Shown here: one piece after another, positions 9,353-18,227 of the stretch
Position numbering within the stretch: the first letter of the stretch is position 1
Layout: each line of letters opens with the position of its first letter
From: an uncultured Rikenella sp.
GTDB lineage: Bacteria; Bacteroidota; Bacteroidia; Bacteroidales; VadinHA17
NCBI GenBank assembly: GCA_964519065.1
Contig: CAZFIF010000001.1
Span: 1-51,163 of the forward strand
Reading direction: 5' to 3'
Length of the DNA: 51,163 nucleotides
Made by a program: the position numbers and the translations under genes
Notes under the pieces: generated by a model
Told to the model about the DNA's origin: nothing
The model's database searches: none
Seen by the model: the letters and a program-made list of their open reading frames with translations, nothing else

Positions 9353-9375
9353 CGGAAATACCGGGGATATTTCCG
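9353..9375 (+). terminator. Hairpin, candidate terminator of the GNAT-HDAC gene
   Basis: CGGAAATA / TATTTCCG forms a perfect 8-bp stem with a 7-nt loop (ccgggga). It sits 41 nt after the stop at 9312. No clear U-tract follows. Confidence 0.35.
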
Positions 9376-9377
9376 GA

Positions 9378-9385
9378 TAAATTTG
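9378..9385 (+). promoter_or_regulatory. TAnnTTTG motif copy 2 upstream of the 9391 gene
   Basis: TAAATTTG ends 5 nt before ATG 9391. If this motif is used, translation more likely starts at ATG 9412 or 9421. Confidence 0.3.
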
Positions 9386-9390
9386 AGCGG

Positions 9391-10266
9391 ATGAGGAGAT
9401 CTATATTCAAAATGAGCAACATGAAGAGTTACATCCTGGTGGTAGTCTTACTGGTTGTTGCTTTCGTACTTTTCGCCAACAAGCTACTGCTTTGGGGAGC
9501 TGGCTTTCTTGCTGCAGGGCTGATTGTGTTTGGCATACAGCAGCTCATACAGCTCAATGTAAAAGTCTCAAAATTTGAAGATAACATCAACGGCCTGGAG
9601 GAAAAGAACCAGAACCTGGTAAAAATAAATGAGAAGCTTATCGAGGAGAATGCCTTTCTGAAGGAGAGGCATTTCCAGATAACGCAGATCAAGAGCATCC
9701 TGGAGATGAATCTCTTTGAGATAGACACCAAATTCAAGCGCACCCTCAATAAGCTGGAACAGACGGCTGACAGGGAGATCAAATTCATCGGTAGCCTGAG
9801 TGTGTCGCTGAAGGCAAAATACGGTATCGACCTTAAGGAGCTAAGATTCAAGTATATTCCTGATAGCGACGAACTTATTGTTGCCAACATCAATCCCAGG
9901 TTTCTCTCTTTCGGCAACCGCAAACTTGAATGGGAGTTTTTTGAGACTCTTGAGTACAGGCGACAGACGCCCATTAGCACTAAAAGGTGGATGACCAGTG
10001 ATGATCTGGCCGACAGGGCAGAGAAGCTTAAGGAGGAGATAAGGCTGCAGACGGAGCATTCGCTTGAGAGCGGGCCCGAGGAGTTTGCCTGGATCATGGA
10101 GCCGATAAGGGAGAATGTTGAGAACACCATCAAGATCATGTTCAAGGGTGTATGTGGCAACATCCATATTGCAGAGCGTGCAGACAAAACCTTTGTACCT
10201 ATTGAGGAGATAAGGATCGACAGGCTCCAGGAGCAGAAAAAGCTGAAGAAAAATGATGAGAAGTGA
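9391..10266 (+). CDS. Membrane-anchored coiled-coil protein with a DUF4230-like C-terminal region
   Basis: Two N-terminal TM helices, a heptad-rich stalk (NGLEEKNQNLVKINEKLIEENAFLKE), then SILEMNLFEID...SLKAKYGIDLKEL...LIVANINPRFL, which resembles the DUF4230 core. The start could be 9391, 9412 or 9421. Confidence 0.6.
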   Translation: MRRSIFKMSNMKSYILVVVLLVVAFVLFANKLLLWGAGFLAAGLIVFGIQQLIQLNVKVSKFEDNINGLEEKNQNLVKINEKLIEENAFLKERHFQITQIKSILEMNLFEIDTKFKRTLNKLEQTADREIKFIGSLSVSLKAKYGIDLKELRFKYIPDSDELIVANINPRFLSFGNRKLEWEFFETLEYRRQTPISTKRWMTSDDLADRAEKLKEEIRLQTEHSLESGPEEFAWIMEPIRENVENTIKIMFKGVCGNIHIAERADKTFVPIEEIRIDRLQEQKKLKKNDEK

Positions 10267-12631
10267 CAGCCGGAAAGCCCTGGTGGTTTTTTCGGTAATC
10301 ATGCTGGCCGTTTCAGGATGTGGCCGGCATAGCAAATCCGCCAGTGACTATCTGCTGTGGTATGATAAACCCGCTGTTGAGTGGACTGAAGCTCTTCCCG
10401 TGGGCAACGGACGCCTCGGGGGAATGCTGTTCGGCAACCTCTCGTGTGAGAGACTGCAGGTGAATGAAGAGTCGTTGTGGGGAGGCATTAATGTTCCGAA
10501 CAATAATCCGGGTGCGCTGGAGTACCTGCCCCGCATCAGGAGACTGATCCTTGAGGGTAACATTCCTGAAGCCTACAAGCTGGCCGAGAAACACCTGGCT
10601 GGCATTCCGGGTAAGACAAGGTCGTACCAGACACTGGGTGACATTCACTTTCGTTTTTCAGATACCACCGGCAGGGTGACAGATTACCGCCGCGAGCTGG
10701 ATCCGGCGACAGGAATAGCCAGGGTCAGCTACCTCAGGGATGGCGGCAAGATCGAATATGAGGTCTACGCCTCCGCTCCCGATGATATCATGGTCATTTC
10801 AATGAAGTCGGAACGGACGGGAGGCCTTGACATGTCTCTCTCACTCTCCCGGTCGCAGGATGCAGTGATCACAGTGACCGAGAATCGCATCGATATGGCG
10901 GGCCAGGTGATAGACGCAGAGGATCCTTCGAAGGGGCCTGCAGGAGAGCATATGAAGTTCTTCGCCTCACTGATGGTGATGAGCTGTGACGGCACGCTCA
11001 CTCCTGCTGATACGGTACTCCAATATTCGGGCGGCAGTGAGATGGTGCTCTTTTTCAATGCATATACCGATTACAACATAGACCTTCTCAACCTTGACCG
11101 TTCAATAGACCCGCAAAGGCGTTGCATGGATGCCATCAGCGCCGCATCGTGGAAATCGTTCAAGCTGCTGAGAGAGTCTCACATCACTGAGCACTCGGAC
11201 AAATTCAATCGTGTGAGCCTGACGCTCGGCGGCCACCCTTCTGCTGACTCAATACCCACTGATGAGCGGCTGAGAAGATTCAGGGCAGGAGGTGATGACC
11301 CGGGTCTGATAGCCACATATTTCCAGTACGGAAGGTATCTGCTGATGGGATCGTCGCGCCCCCCGGCGCAGTTACCTGCCAACCTGCAGGGGATATGGAA
11401 CAAGGATATGCTTGCACCGTGGAACTCAGACTACCACACCAACATAAACCTGCAGATGAACTACTGGCCGGCAGAGGTCTGCAACCTTGGTGAAACCGTG
11501 ATGCCGCTTGCCGGATTCATTGAGGAACTGACGGTCCCCGGCAGTGTCACAGCACGTGAGATGTACGGTGCGAAGGGGTGGACTTTGCATCATACAACAG
11601 ACCCCTTCGGCAAGACTGCAGTGCTTGATGGAGTCTATTGGGGGATGTTCCCGCTGGGGGGTGCCTGGATGACATTGCCCCTCTGGGAACACTATGAATT
11701 TACTCTCGACACAGCTTATCTTAGTGAGAGGGCGTACCCCGTGATGAAGGGTGCCGCAGAATTTATTACCGGTTTTCTTGTTGAGGATAAAGAGGGCCGG
11801 CTGGTGACGGTCCCCTCCTACTCGCCGGAGAACAGCTACATTGACCCTCTCTCAGGAAAGGAGTTCAAACTAACCTACGGGCCAACGATGGACAACCAGA
11901 TCATCCGGGAGGTTCTCGGCAACTGCCAGAGGGCTTCGCGCATTCTTGGCATTGACAAAGAGTGGGCTGACAGCCTGGATCTGATAATTGAGAGACTGCC
12001 ACCTGACAGGGTCGCCTCGAACGGCACCATCATGGAATGGATAGAGGAATACGAGGAGGCTGAGCCGGGTCACAGGCACATGTCGCACCTCTTTGGGCTC
12101 CATCCGGGCACTCAGATCACCCCGGAGAGAGCTGAGCTTTTTGCTGCAGCGCGCCGTACGCTGGAGAGAAGAATGGCTCACGGCGGAGGTCATACCGGCT
12201 GGAGCAGGGCATGGATCATCAACTTCTACGCCCGTCTGCTTGACGGCAATGAGAGTTACAGTCACCTGAGGCTCCTGCTTGAGAAGTCGACCCTGCCAAA
12301 TCTATTTGACACTCATCCTCCGTTCCAGATAGACGGCAACTTCGGGGGAACGGCAGGCATTGCAGAGATGCTTTTACAGAGCCACAACGGTGTGATACGA
12401 ATCCTGCCCGCGCTGCCCGACACGTGGCCGGAGGGAAAGGTCACCGGGCTGAAGGCCAGGGGTAATTTTGAGGTCAGCATGGAGTGGCATAAGGGCATGG
12501 CTTCCTTAATCAGTGTGCAGTCGTTATCCGGAGCACCACTTAAGATGGTTTATCGCGGGAGTATTGTCACCATGGAAACACAAAAAGGTGAAACATATCA
12601 ATTTGACAGTGACCTGAAATGGATAAGATAA
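10253..12631 (+). CDS. Glycoside hydrolase family 95 (alpha-L-fucosidase-type), lipoprotein
   Basis: Lipobox LAVSGC. GH95-typical N-terminus LWYDKPAVEWTEALPVGNGRLGGMLFG and ~790 aa length. Overlaps the upstream gene by 14 nt. Confidence 0.88.
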   Translation: MMRSDSRKALVVFSVIMLAVSGCGRHSKSASDYLLWYDKPAVEWTEALPVGNGRLGGMLFGNLSCERLQVNEESLWGGINVPNNNPGALEYLPRIRRLILEGNIPEAYKLAEKHLAGIPGKTRSYQTLGDIHFRFSDTTGRVTDYRRELDPATGIARVSYLRDGGKIEYEVYASAPDDIMVISMKSERTGGLDMSLSLSRSQDAVITVTENRIDMAGQVIDAEDPSKGPAGEHMKFFASLMVMSCDGTLTPADTVLQYSGGSEMVLFFNAYTDYNIDLLNLDRSIDPQRRCMDAISAASWKSFKLLRESHITEHSDKFNRVSLTLGGHPSADSIPTDERLRRFRAGGDDPGLIATYFQYGRYLLMGSSRPPAQLPANLQGIWNKDMLAPWNSDYHTNINLQMNYWPAEVCNLGETVMPLAGFIEELTVPGSVTAREMYGAKGWTLHHTTDPFGKTAVLDGVYWGMFPLGGAWMTLPLWEHYEFTLDTAYLSERAYPVMKGAAEFITGFLVEDKEGRLVTVPSYSPENSYIDPLSGKEFKLTYGPTMDNQIIREVLGNCQRASRILGIDKEWADSLDLIIERLPPDRVASNGTIMEWIEEYEEAEPGHRHMSHLFGLHPGTQITPERAELFAAARRTLERRMAHGGGHTGWSRAWIINFYARLLDGNESYSHLRLLLEKSTLPNLFDTHPPFQIDGNFGGTAGIAEMLLQSHNGVIRILPALPDTWPEGKVTGLKARGNFEVSMEWHKGMASLISVQSLSGAPLKMVYRGSIVTMETQKGETYQFDSDLKWIR

Positions 12632-13167
12632 TTTTATTTATCGCCCTGAGTGTACCGATCATATACATCTCCAGGCAGAGCCTGCTTGACAGCAGCAGTC
12701 ACGGCTTCACCCGCTTTTTCAGCTGGGAGTCTGTCATTGCACTCTTCGTCATTAACTATGAGCATTGGTTCAGGGAACCATTATCATATAGACAGATAGT
12801 ATCATGGATTCTGCTTTTCGTCTCTCTCTGGTTTGTGATTGAGGGAGCCCTGCGTTTAAGAAAAGCCAGGAAGTCCGGTGTAGTCAGGGTTGATGAAAAG
12901 CTTTTCAGGTTTGAGAAGACGACAGAGCTTGTTACCACCGGCATATTCAGGTATATCAGGCATCCCATGTATTCGTCGCTTCTCTTTCTGGCATGGGGGA
13001 TCTGGTTAAAGCAACCGATGCTGGCCTCGTTGCCTGTAGTCCTGCTCTCATCATGGTTGCTGTGGGTTACCGCACGGCGTGATGAGACGCTGTGCATAAG
13101 ACACTTCGGAGACAGTTACCGTGAATACATGGGCAAAACGAAAAGACTGATCCCTTTCATCCTTTGA
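12619..13167 (+). CDS. ICMT/phospholipid-methyltransferase family membrane protein
   Basis: Polytopic membrane protein with LVTTGIFRYIRHPMYSSLLFLAWG, the ICMT-family SAM-binding signature. Overlaps the GH95 stop by 13 nt. Confidence 0.8.
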   Translation: MDKIILFIALSVPIIYISRQSLLDSSSHGFTRFFSWESVIALFVINYEHWFREPLSYRQIVSWILLFVSLWFVIEGALRLRKARKSGVVRVDEKLFRFEKTTELVTTGIFRYIRHPMYSSLLFLAWGIWLKQPMLASLPVVLLSSWLLWVTARRDETLCIRHFGDSYREYMGKTKRLIPFIL

Positions 13168-13186
13168 ATTGGCGCTGATTATCTGT

Positions 13187-13209
13187 CAGAATCCGGTCTG
13201 AAGATTCTG
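13187..13209. terminator. Small hairpin between convergent genes
   Basis: CAGAATC / GATTCTG forms a 7-bp stem with a 9-nt loop between the + gene end (13167) and the - gene end (13210). The structure is weak. Confidence 0.25.
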
Positions 13210-14763
13210 CTATCTCCAGCTCTCAATTTTGTCAAGCGGGTATATCGGCCGCGGAATATTCACGTACTTAAGTGCGAAGGGGTCTATGCTGCTGAAACCG
13301 GGAGACATGACATTGACAGTCTTCCTGTTGTAGAGCAGGTAGTTATACCTGAACGGAAAGAGGTTTTTGACAGCGACGATGTCGGCCTTCCAGACTGAGA
13401 GTCCAAGTTCCCTGAAATCACCGGGTTCCTTGAGAGCCATGGGCAGTTCTGAGAGTATGAGGTGTACACCGTCATGCCTGACGATGACCGTCTTTCCGAA
13501 GGAGGTCTCCTGTTTGCTGGTCACGATGCCGGTGTAGGTATAAGGTTCGTTGTATACCGTATCAATCTTACCTCCCACAGACAGTGTTATCTCATCGCCA
13601 ACGTTATTTTGCCATGCTTCTTCGGCTGCCATGGCATCGCGTACGGAGACGTATGAGGTCATGTCGCTGCCCTGTTCCGTCAGCGCCCTGAGTATCCAGG
13701 TGCTCTCTCCCGGTGTCCCTGCCGAGGGTGCGTCGGCGACATCGCAGAAGACTACTGTCCCGAGTGAGCGTGCCAGCTTCTTGTCGCGGGCAATGGCTAC
13801 AGCCTCTTCGGGGCTGTTACCTTCAGGCTGCGGCACATCGCGCACAGCCCAGGCCATGTCGGAGATCTCATCGGCGAGTTTCCCGGCCAGGTCGCGGTTA
13901 CCGTCAGTGATGGCGATGGTGCTGTAGCCCAGCTCCGGCTCATCTATCCATATATGTACCGGGAAGAAGGAGACAGTGAGAACATCATCCTGTTTCTCCA
14001 TCTTCTTCATTCTTGCGAATATTGGGCGGAACGGCTGAAGGAAATCGACATTGATACCGCCACCCTTGAGAAGCTTCATCTTGTTGACCACCATTACCGG
14101 CTCAATCTCGCCCATCACAGTACGTATCAGCAGGTCGCCTGTGCGGTATGCAGTCTTGAAATGATCGCGGTGGGGGTTGGTGTGGTATCCGACAATGATA
14201 TCGGCATTTTCAGCCCTGCGCGCTGTGACGTTGGCATGCAGGTCGAAACTCACGGCTATGACTGTCGTAGGGCCGGCTGTCTCCCTGACAGCTGCTATCA
14301 GATCACCCTCGGGGTCGAACATACCCTGAACACCCATTGCGCCGTGCAGTGAAAGGTATATGCCGTCAACCCTCTCCTGCTTCTGTATTTCATCAAGGAT
14401 CAGGTTTTTGATTTTTACGTAAAAAACGCTATCGACGGGGCCGCCTGAAAGAGACTTGGCCTGCACCACAGGTATCGTCTTCACCCTCCCCATGCCGGTC
14501 TTTTCAACCGCTGAGAGGAAGCCGGCTAGCTGCTTATCCTCCTCGATGGCAGATGTGATGACATCGTCACCGTAAAAGAGGTGGTCAGCCTTAAAGTTAC
14601 GTTCTGTGGTAATAACAGGTGAGAAGCTGTTCACCTCGTGCATCAATTCGGCAAAGAGTATCACTTTCTGTTCCGCCGGCTGAGATCCGTTGTCTGGTCC
14701 CGAACAGGAGATCAATGAAATGAATGTCAAATAAATTAGTACGTTGGTCAAAAGATTGTTCAT
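13210..14763 (-). CDS. M81 family metallopeptidase (MlrC/microcystinase C-like), lipoprotein
   Basis: N-terminal FAELMHEVNSFSP (the HETNTFSP-type motif) and two-domain MlrC architecture. The start is set at ATG 14763 (MNNLLTNVLIYLTFISLISCS, with a lipobox). The track start at 14820 is GTG and would contain the promoter motif at 14803-14810. Confidence 0.82.
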   Translation of the reverse strand: MNNLLTNVLIYLTFISLISCSGPDNGSQPAEQKVILFAELMHEVNSFSPVITTERNFKADHLFYGDDVITSAIEEDKQLAGFLSAVEKTGMGRVKTIPVVQAKSLSGGPVDSVFYVKIKNLILDEIQKQERVDGIYLSLHGAMGVQGMFDPEGDLIAAVRETAGPTTVIAVSFDLHANVTARRAENADIIVGYHTNPHRDHFKTAYRTGDLLIRTVMGEIEPVMVVNKMKLLKGGGINVDFLQPFRPIFARMKKMEKQDDVLTVSFFPVHIWIDEPELGYSTIAITDGNRDLAGKLADEISDMAWAVRDVPQPEGNSPEEAVAIARDKKLARSLGTVVFCDVADAPSAGTPGESTWILRALTEQGSDMTSYVSVRDAMAAEEAWQNNVGDEITLSVGGKIDTVYNEPYTYTGIVTSKQETSFGKTVIVRHDGVHLILSELPMALKEPGDFRELGLSVWKADIVAVKNLFPFRYNYLLYNRKTVNVMSPGFSSIDPFALKYVNIPRPIYPLDKIESWR

Positions 14764-14802
14764 GATAAAAGGATTAAACCATAAAAGCATTAAATTCTCA
14801 GA

Positions 14803-14810
14803 CAAAAGTA
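14803..14810 (-). promoter_or_regulatory. Bacteroidota-type -7 promoter motif (TAnnTTTG)
   Basis: TACTTTTG on the - strand, 39 nt upstream of ATG 14763. Confidence 0.4.
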
Positions 14811-14878
14811 ATAAAAACACAAACCTGTGTGGGGAGCATTTTAAAGGTAAGGGCTAACGTTCTGAAACAAGTGGCAGT

Positions 14879-16297
14879 ATGAGAGTTCTTCTCACCGGCG
14901 CAACCGGATATATAGCCAGGAGGCTGCTACCGGCACTTCTTGCCGAAGGGCATGAGGTCATCTGTTGTGTACGCGATGCCGCCAGGTTTGACACATCAAG
15001 GTTCAGGACTGACCGCCTGAGCGTGATCACGGTCAACTTTCTTGACAGCGGCACTCTTTCGGTGATACCCGAAGATATCGATGCTGCCTATTATCTGATA
15101 CATTCAATGTCAACCACTGTTGGTGAATTTGACAAGATGGAGAAGGAGTCTGCTGTTAATTTCAGGGAGAGGCTAAACGTTACGCGGGTGAAACAGGTAA
15201 TATATCTCAGCGGTATTGTCAACACTGCGACTCTGTCAAAACATCTCGGATCGCGTAAGACCGTGGAGGATGAGCTTTCGAGGGGCTCATACCATCTGAC
15301 GACACTCAGGGCGGGTATCATTCTTGGCAGTGGCAGCGCATCGTTTGAGATAATACGTGACCTTGTCGAGAAGCTCCCTCTGATGGTGGCCCCGAGGTGG
15401 CTTAAAACCAGGTCGCAGCCCATCGCAGTTCAGAACGTTATTGAATATCTCAGCGGGGTACTGCTCAGAGAAGATGCATTTGACAGCAACTATGACATCG
15501 GTGGGCCGGACATTCTCACCTACAAGGAGATGCTCCTGAGATTTGCCGCCGTCAGGAACCTCAGGCGAAAGATATGGGTCGTACCGGTAATGACACCAAA
15601 GCTCTCATCGTACTGGCTCTATTTTGTCACCTCCACCTCATACAAGCTGGCCGTCAATCTTGTTGACAGCATGAAGGTGGAAGTGATATGCAGGGAGAAC
15701 GACCTTCACGAGAGGCTGGGGATCAGTCTCATGGGGTATGATGAGGCTGTCAGGAATGCCTTTGACCGTATAGAACAACAGACGGTGCCATCGAGCTGGA
15801 CCGATGCCCTTTCACTGCCCCTGCTTGAGAGAGGCCTCTCTGATCTTGTGAGGGTGCCGGTCTTCGGCTGTTTTCATGACATCAGGAGGAGAAAGGTGAC
15901 CGATGAGCAGGCAGTACTTGACAGGATATGGTCAATTGGCGGAAAAACCGGATGGTACTATGCCAACTGGCTCTGGGGTCTGAGAGGATTCCTTGACAAG
16001 CTCTCGGGAGGGGTGGGACTGCGCAGGGGAAGAAAGAACAGCAGTGAGATATCACCCGGAGACTCACTTGATTTCTGGCGGGTTCTCTATGCTGACCGGG
16101 AGGAGAAGAGGCTGTTGCTCTACGCTGAGATGAAGCTGCCGGGGGAGGCGTGGCTGGAGTGGAAAATAGAAGATGAGATACTCGTGCAGACTGCCACCTT
16201 CAGGCCGCTGGGGCTGAAAGGGCGCCTTTACTGGTACTCGGTAATGCCATTTCATGAGCTGATTTTCAGGGGCATGATAAAACGGATCACAGTATAA
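14879..16297 (+). CDS. NAD(P)-binding atypical SDR fused to a DUF2867-like C-terminal domain
   Basis: Rossmann N-terminus VLLTGATGYIARRL. The ~470 aa length and C-terminal WYYANWLWGLRGFLDKL...FWRV segment are typical of SDR+DUF2867 proteins. Confidence 0.78.
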   Translation: MRVLLTGATGYIARRLLPALLAEGHEVICCVRDAARFDTSRFRTDRLSVITVNFLDSGTLSVIPEDIDAAYYLIHSMSTTVGEFDKMEKESAVNFRERLNVTRVKQVIYLSGIVNTATLSKHLGSRKTVEDELSRGSYHLTTLRAGIILGSGSASFEIIRDLVEKLPLMVAPRWLKTRSQPIAVQNVIEYLSGVLLREDAFDSNYDIGGPDILTYKEMLLRFAAVRNLRRKIWVVPVMTPKLSSYWLYFVTSTSYKLAVNLVDSMKVEVICRENDLHERLGISLMGYDEAVRNAFDRIEQQTVPSSWTDALSLPLLERGLSDLVRVPVFGCFHDIRRRKVTDEQAVLDRIWSIGGKTGWYYANWLWGLRGFLDKLSGGVGLRRGRKNSSEISPGDSLDFWRVLYADREEKRLLLYAEMKLPGEAWLEWKIEDEILVQTATFRPLGLKGRLYWYSVMPFHELIFRGMIKRITV

Positions 16298-16443
16298 TAT
16301 ATATTTTTCTCGAGGTTCCATGCAACCATCTTCGGCCATATAAATAAAAAGGCCTCCTTAAAATTCATCCAGAATAATCACTGATTTGGTTCATCGCGCT
16401 GGTTTGTTTCATAGGAATGGTATTCAAATGTCAAAATGATAAT

Positions 16444-16451
16444 TACTTTTG
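16444..16451 (+). promoter_or_regulatory. Bacteroidota-type -7 promoter motif (TAnnTTTG)
   Basis: TACTTTTG lies 16 nt before ATG 16468 within a 170-nt intergenic gap. Confidence 0.4.
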
Positions 16452-16467
16452 ACTGGATTTCTGGCCT

Positions 16468-17445
16468 ATGATAAAAGTTGCAGTTACCGGTGCCTCCGGA
16501 CACGTAGGCACAAACCTTTGCAGGATGCTCCTTGATCAGGGACACCTTGTCAGAGTACTGATACACAATAGCAAAAAAGGACTGGAAGACCTGGATATTG
16601 AATTTATCCCAGGCAGTGTGAATTGCGAGGCTGACCTGAGAAAGCTATGTGAAGGATGCTCTGTGGTGTTCCACCTTGCAGCCTGCATAAGCATAAGGCA
16701 TAAAGACCAGAGATGCATGGCTGTAAATGCCGGAAGCTGCGAGACTCTTCTCAATGCGGCGAGATATGCAGGTGTCAGGAGAATAATTCATTTCAGCTCA
16801 ATACATGCATTCAGACAGGAGCCCTTTGAGGAAGTACTTGACGAGTGCAGGGATCTTGAACTTAGCAGTGCTGTTTCCTATAACCGTTCAAAGGCGCTTG
16901 GACAAAAGACAATGACAGAAGCCTCATCAGCCGACCTGGAGGTGGTAGTTCTTAATCCAACCGCCATATTGGGGCCAAATGATTTTCAACCTTCCCTGCT
17001 CGGTAATGCCGTAATCAGGTTTTACAAAGGACAGAATCCAAGCCTGATACCCGGAGGGTATGACTGGGTAGATGTCAGGGATGTATGTTCTGCTGCCATC
17101 AATGCAATTGATCGGGGGGTGCCGGGAGAGTGCTACCTTCTTTCCGGAAGCTGGCAAAGTCTCAAAGATATGGCAAACGCAGTCGGGCAACTGGGTGGAC
17201 ATAAGGCACCCCGGCTGACTTTACCGTGGTGGCTGGCACATATTGGGGCCGTAGTACTGAATTTGCATGCCAATGTCACAGGAAGTGTACCTCTCTATAC
17301 CTCAATGTCGCTGGAAACTTTGAAAGAGAGCCACAGGAACATCTCTTCAGCAAAGGCAACAAGGGACCTCGGATACAGTTCCCGTCCCTTTGAGGAGACT
17401 ATGGCAGACACTATCCGGTGGTTCCGGGAAAACAACTACATCTGA
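16468..17445 (+). CDS. Extended SDR, NAD-dependent epimerase/dehydratase or 3beta-HSD/dihydroflavonol-reductase-like
   Basis: VAVTGASGHVGTNL glycine-rich loop and YxxxK (SYNRSKALG). ~325 aa. Confidence 0.85.
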   Translation: MIKVAVTGASGHVGTNLCRMLLDQGHLVRVLIHNSKKGLEDLDIEFIPGSVNCEADLRKLCEGCSVVFHLAACISIRHKDQRCMAVNAGSCETLLNAARYAGVRRIIHFSSIHAFRQEPFEEVLDECRDLELSSAVSYNRSKALGQKTMTEASSADLEVVVLNPTAILGPNDFQPSLLGNAVIRFYKGQNPSLIPGGYDWVDVRDVCSAAINAIDRGVPGECYLLSGSWQSLKDMANAVGQLGGHKAPRLTLPWWLAHIGAVVLNLHANVTGSVPLYTSMSLETLKESHRNISSAKATRDLGYSSRPFEETMADTIRWFRENNYI

Positions 17446-18203
17446 TGGAAAAATCAACATTTGACCTTCTGGTCTGGCTCTGGACAGCCGCAGCGCTGAT
17501 TATCTTTCTGGTGCTCCTTTTTGTGACAGCCCCATATGGCAGGCACTCTAAAAGGACATGGGGAGTGACCATCCCTGACAGGCTGGGCTGGATCATCATG
17601 GAGATACCCGCACCGCTGATCTTTATTCTGCTGGTTGTCACAGGAGATGCACCGAAGAGTGTCACGGTATGGATTGTCGCCGGGCTGTACCTGCTTCATT
17701 ACTTCAACCGGGCAATCATTTATCCTGTAAGGATCCGAACCAAAGGGAAAGTAATGCCACTGGCGGTGGCAATTATGGCAGTCTTCTTCAATTTTGTCAA
17801 TGCCGGGTTCCTGGGATATTATACCGGGTCAATGCATATGCATTTCAACACCGAATGGCTTTCCGATCCCCGATTTATTGGTGGCCTGATGGTATTCACA
17901 GCTGGTATGGTGATAAATGTTTCATCTGATGAGAAGCTTATCCATCTGAGAAAAAACCGGAGCAACGGATACCAGATACCCAGGGGAGGGATGTTTGAGA
18001 AGGTGAGCTGTCCCAACTTTCTGGGAGAGATAGTGGAATGGGGCGGATATGCCCTTCTCTGCTGGTCGTTGCCCGCCTTTTCCTTCTTTGTCTGGACATT
18101 CTGCAACCTCGTTCCCAGGGCGCTCTCGCACCACAGGTGGTACAAAAACCATTTTCCCGATTATCCCGGAGAAAGAAAAGCAGTTTTCCCCTATATTTTG
18201 TAA
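17445..18203 (+). CDS. 3-oxo-5-alpha-steroid 4-dehydrogenase (SRD5A/DUF1295) family membrane reductase
   Basis: Polytopic membrane protein with the C-terminal signature YQIPRGGMFEKVSCPNFLGEIVEWGGYAL. ATG 17445 shares one base with the upstream TGA (TGATG). The track start at 17418 is GTG. Confidence 0.85.
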   Translation: MEKSTFDLLVWLWTAAALIIFLVLLFVTAPYGRHSKRTWGVTIPDRLGWIIMEIPAPLIFILLVVTGDAPKSVTVWIVAGLYLLHYFNRAIIYPVRIRTKGKVMPLAVAIMAVFFNFVNAGFLGYYTGSMHMHFNTEWLSDPRFIGGLMVFTAGMVINVSSDEKLIHLRKNRSNGYQIPRGGMFEKVSCPNFLGEIVEWGGYALLCWSLPAFSFFVWTFCNLVPRALSHHRWYKNHFPDYPGERKAVFPYIL

Positions 18204-18227
18204 ATTACAAGTTCACTATGTCATGAA

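Noticed and set aside
9429-10187. 252-aa ORF on the - strand, antisense to the coiled-coil/DUF4230-like gene
   Set aside because: The translation is Ser/Leu-rich low complexity. That is the expected mirror image of the purine-rich Glu/Lys codons on the + strand. It has no motif and lies entirely inside a better-supported gene.
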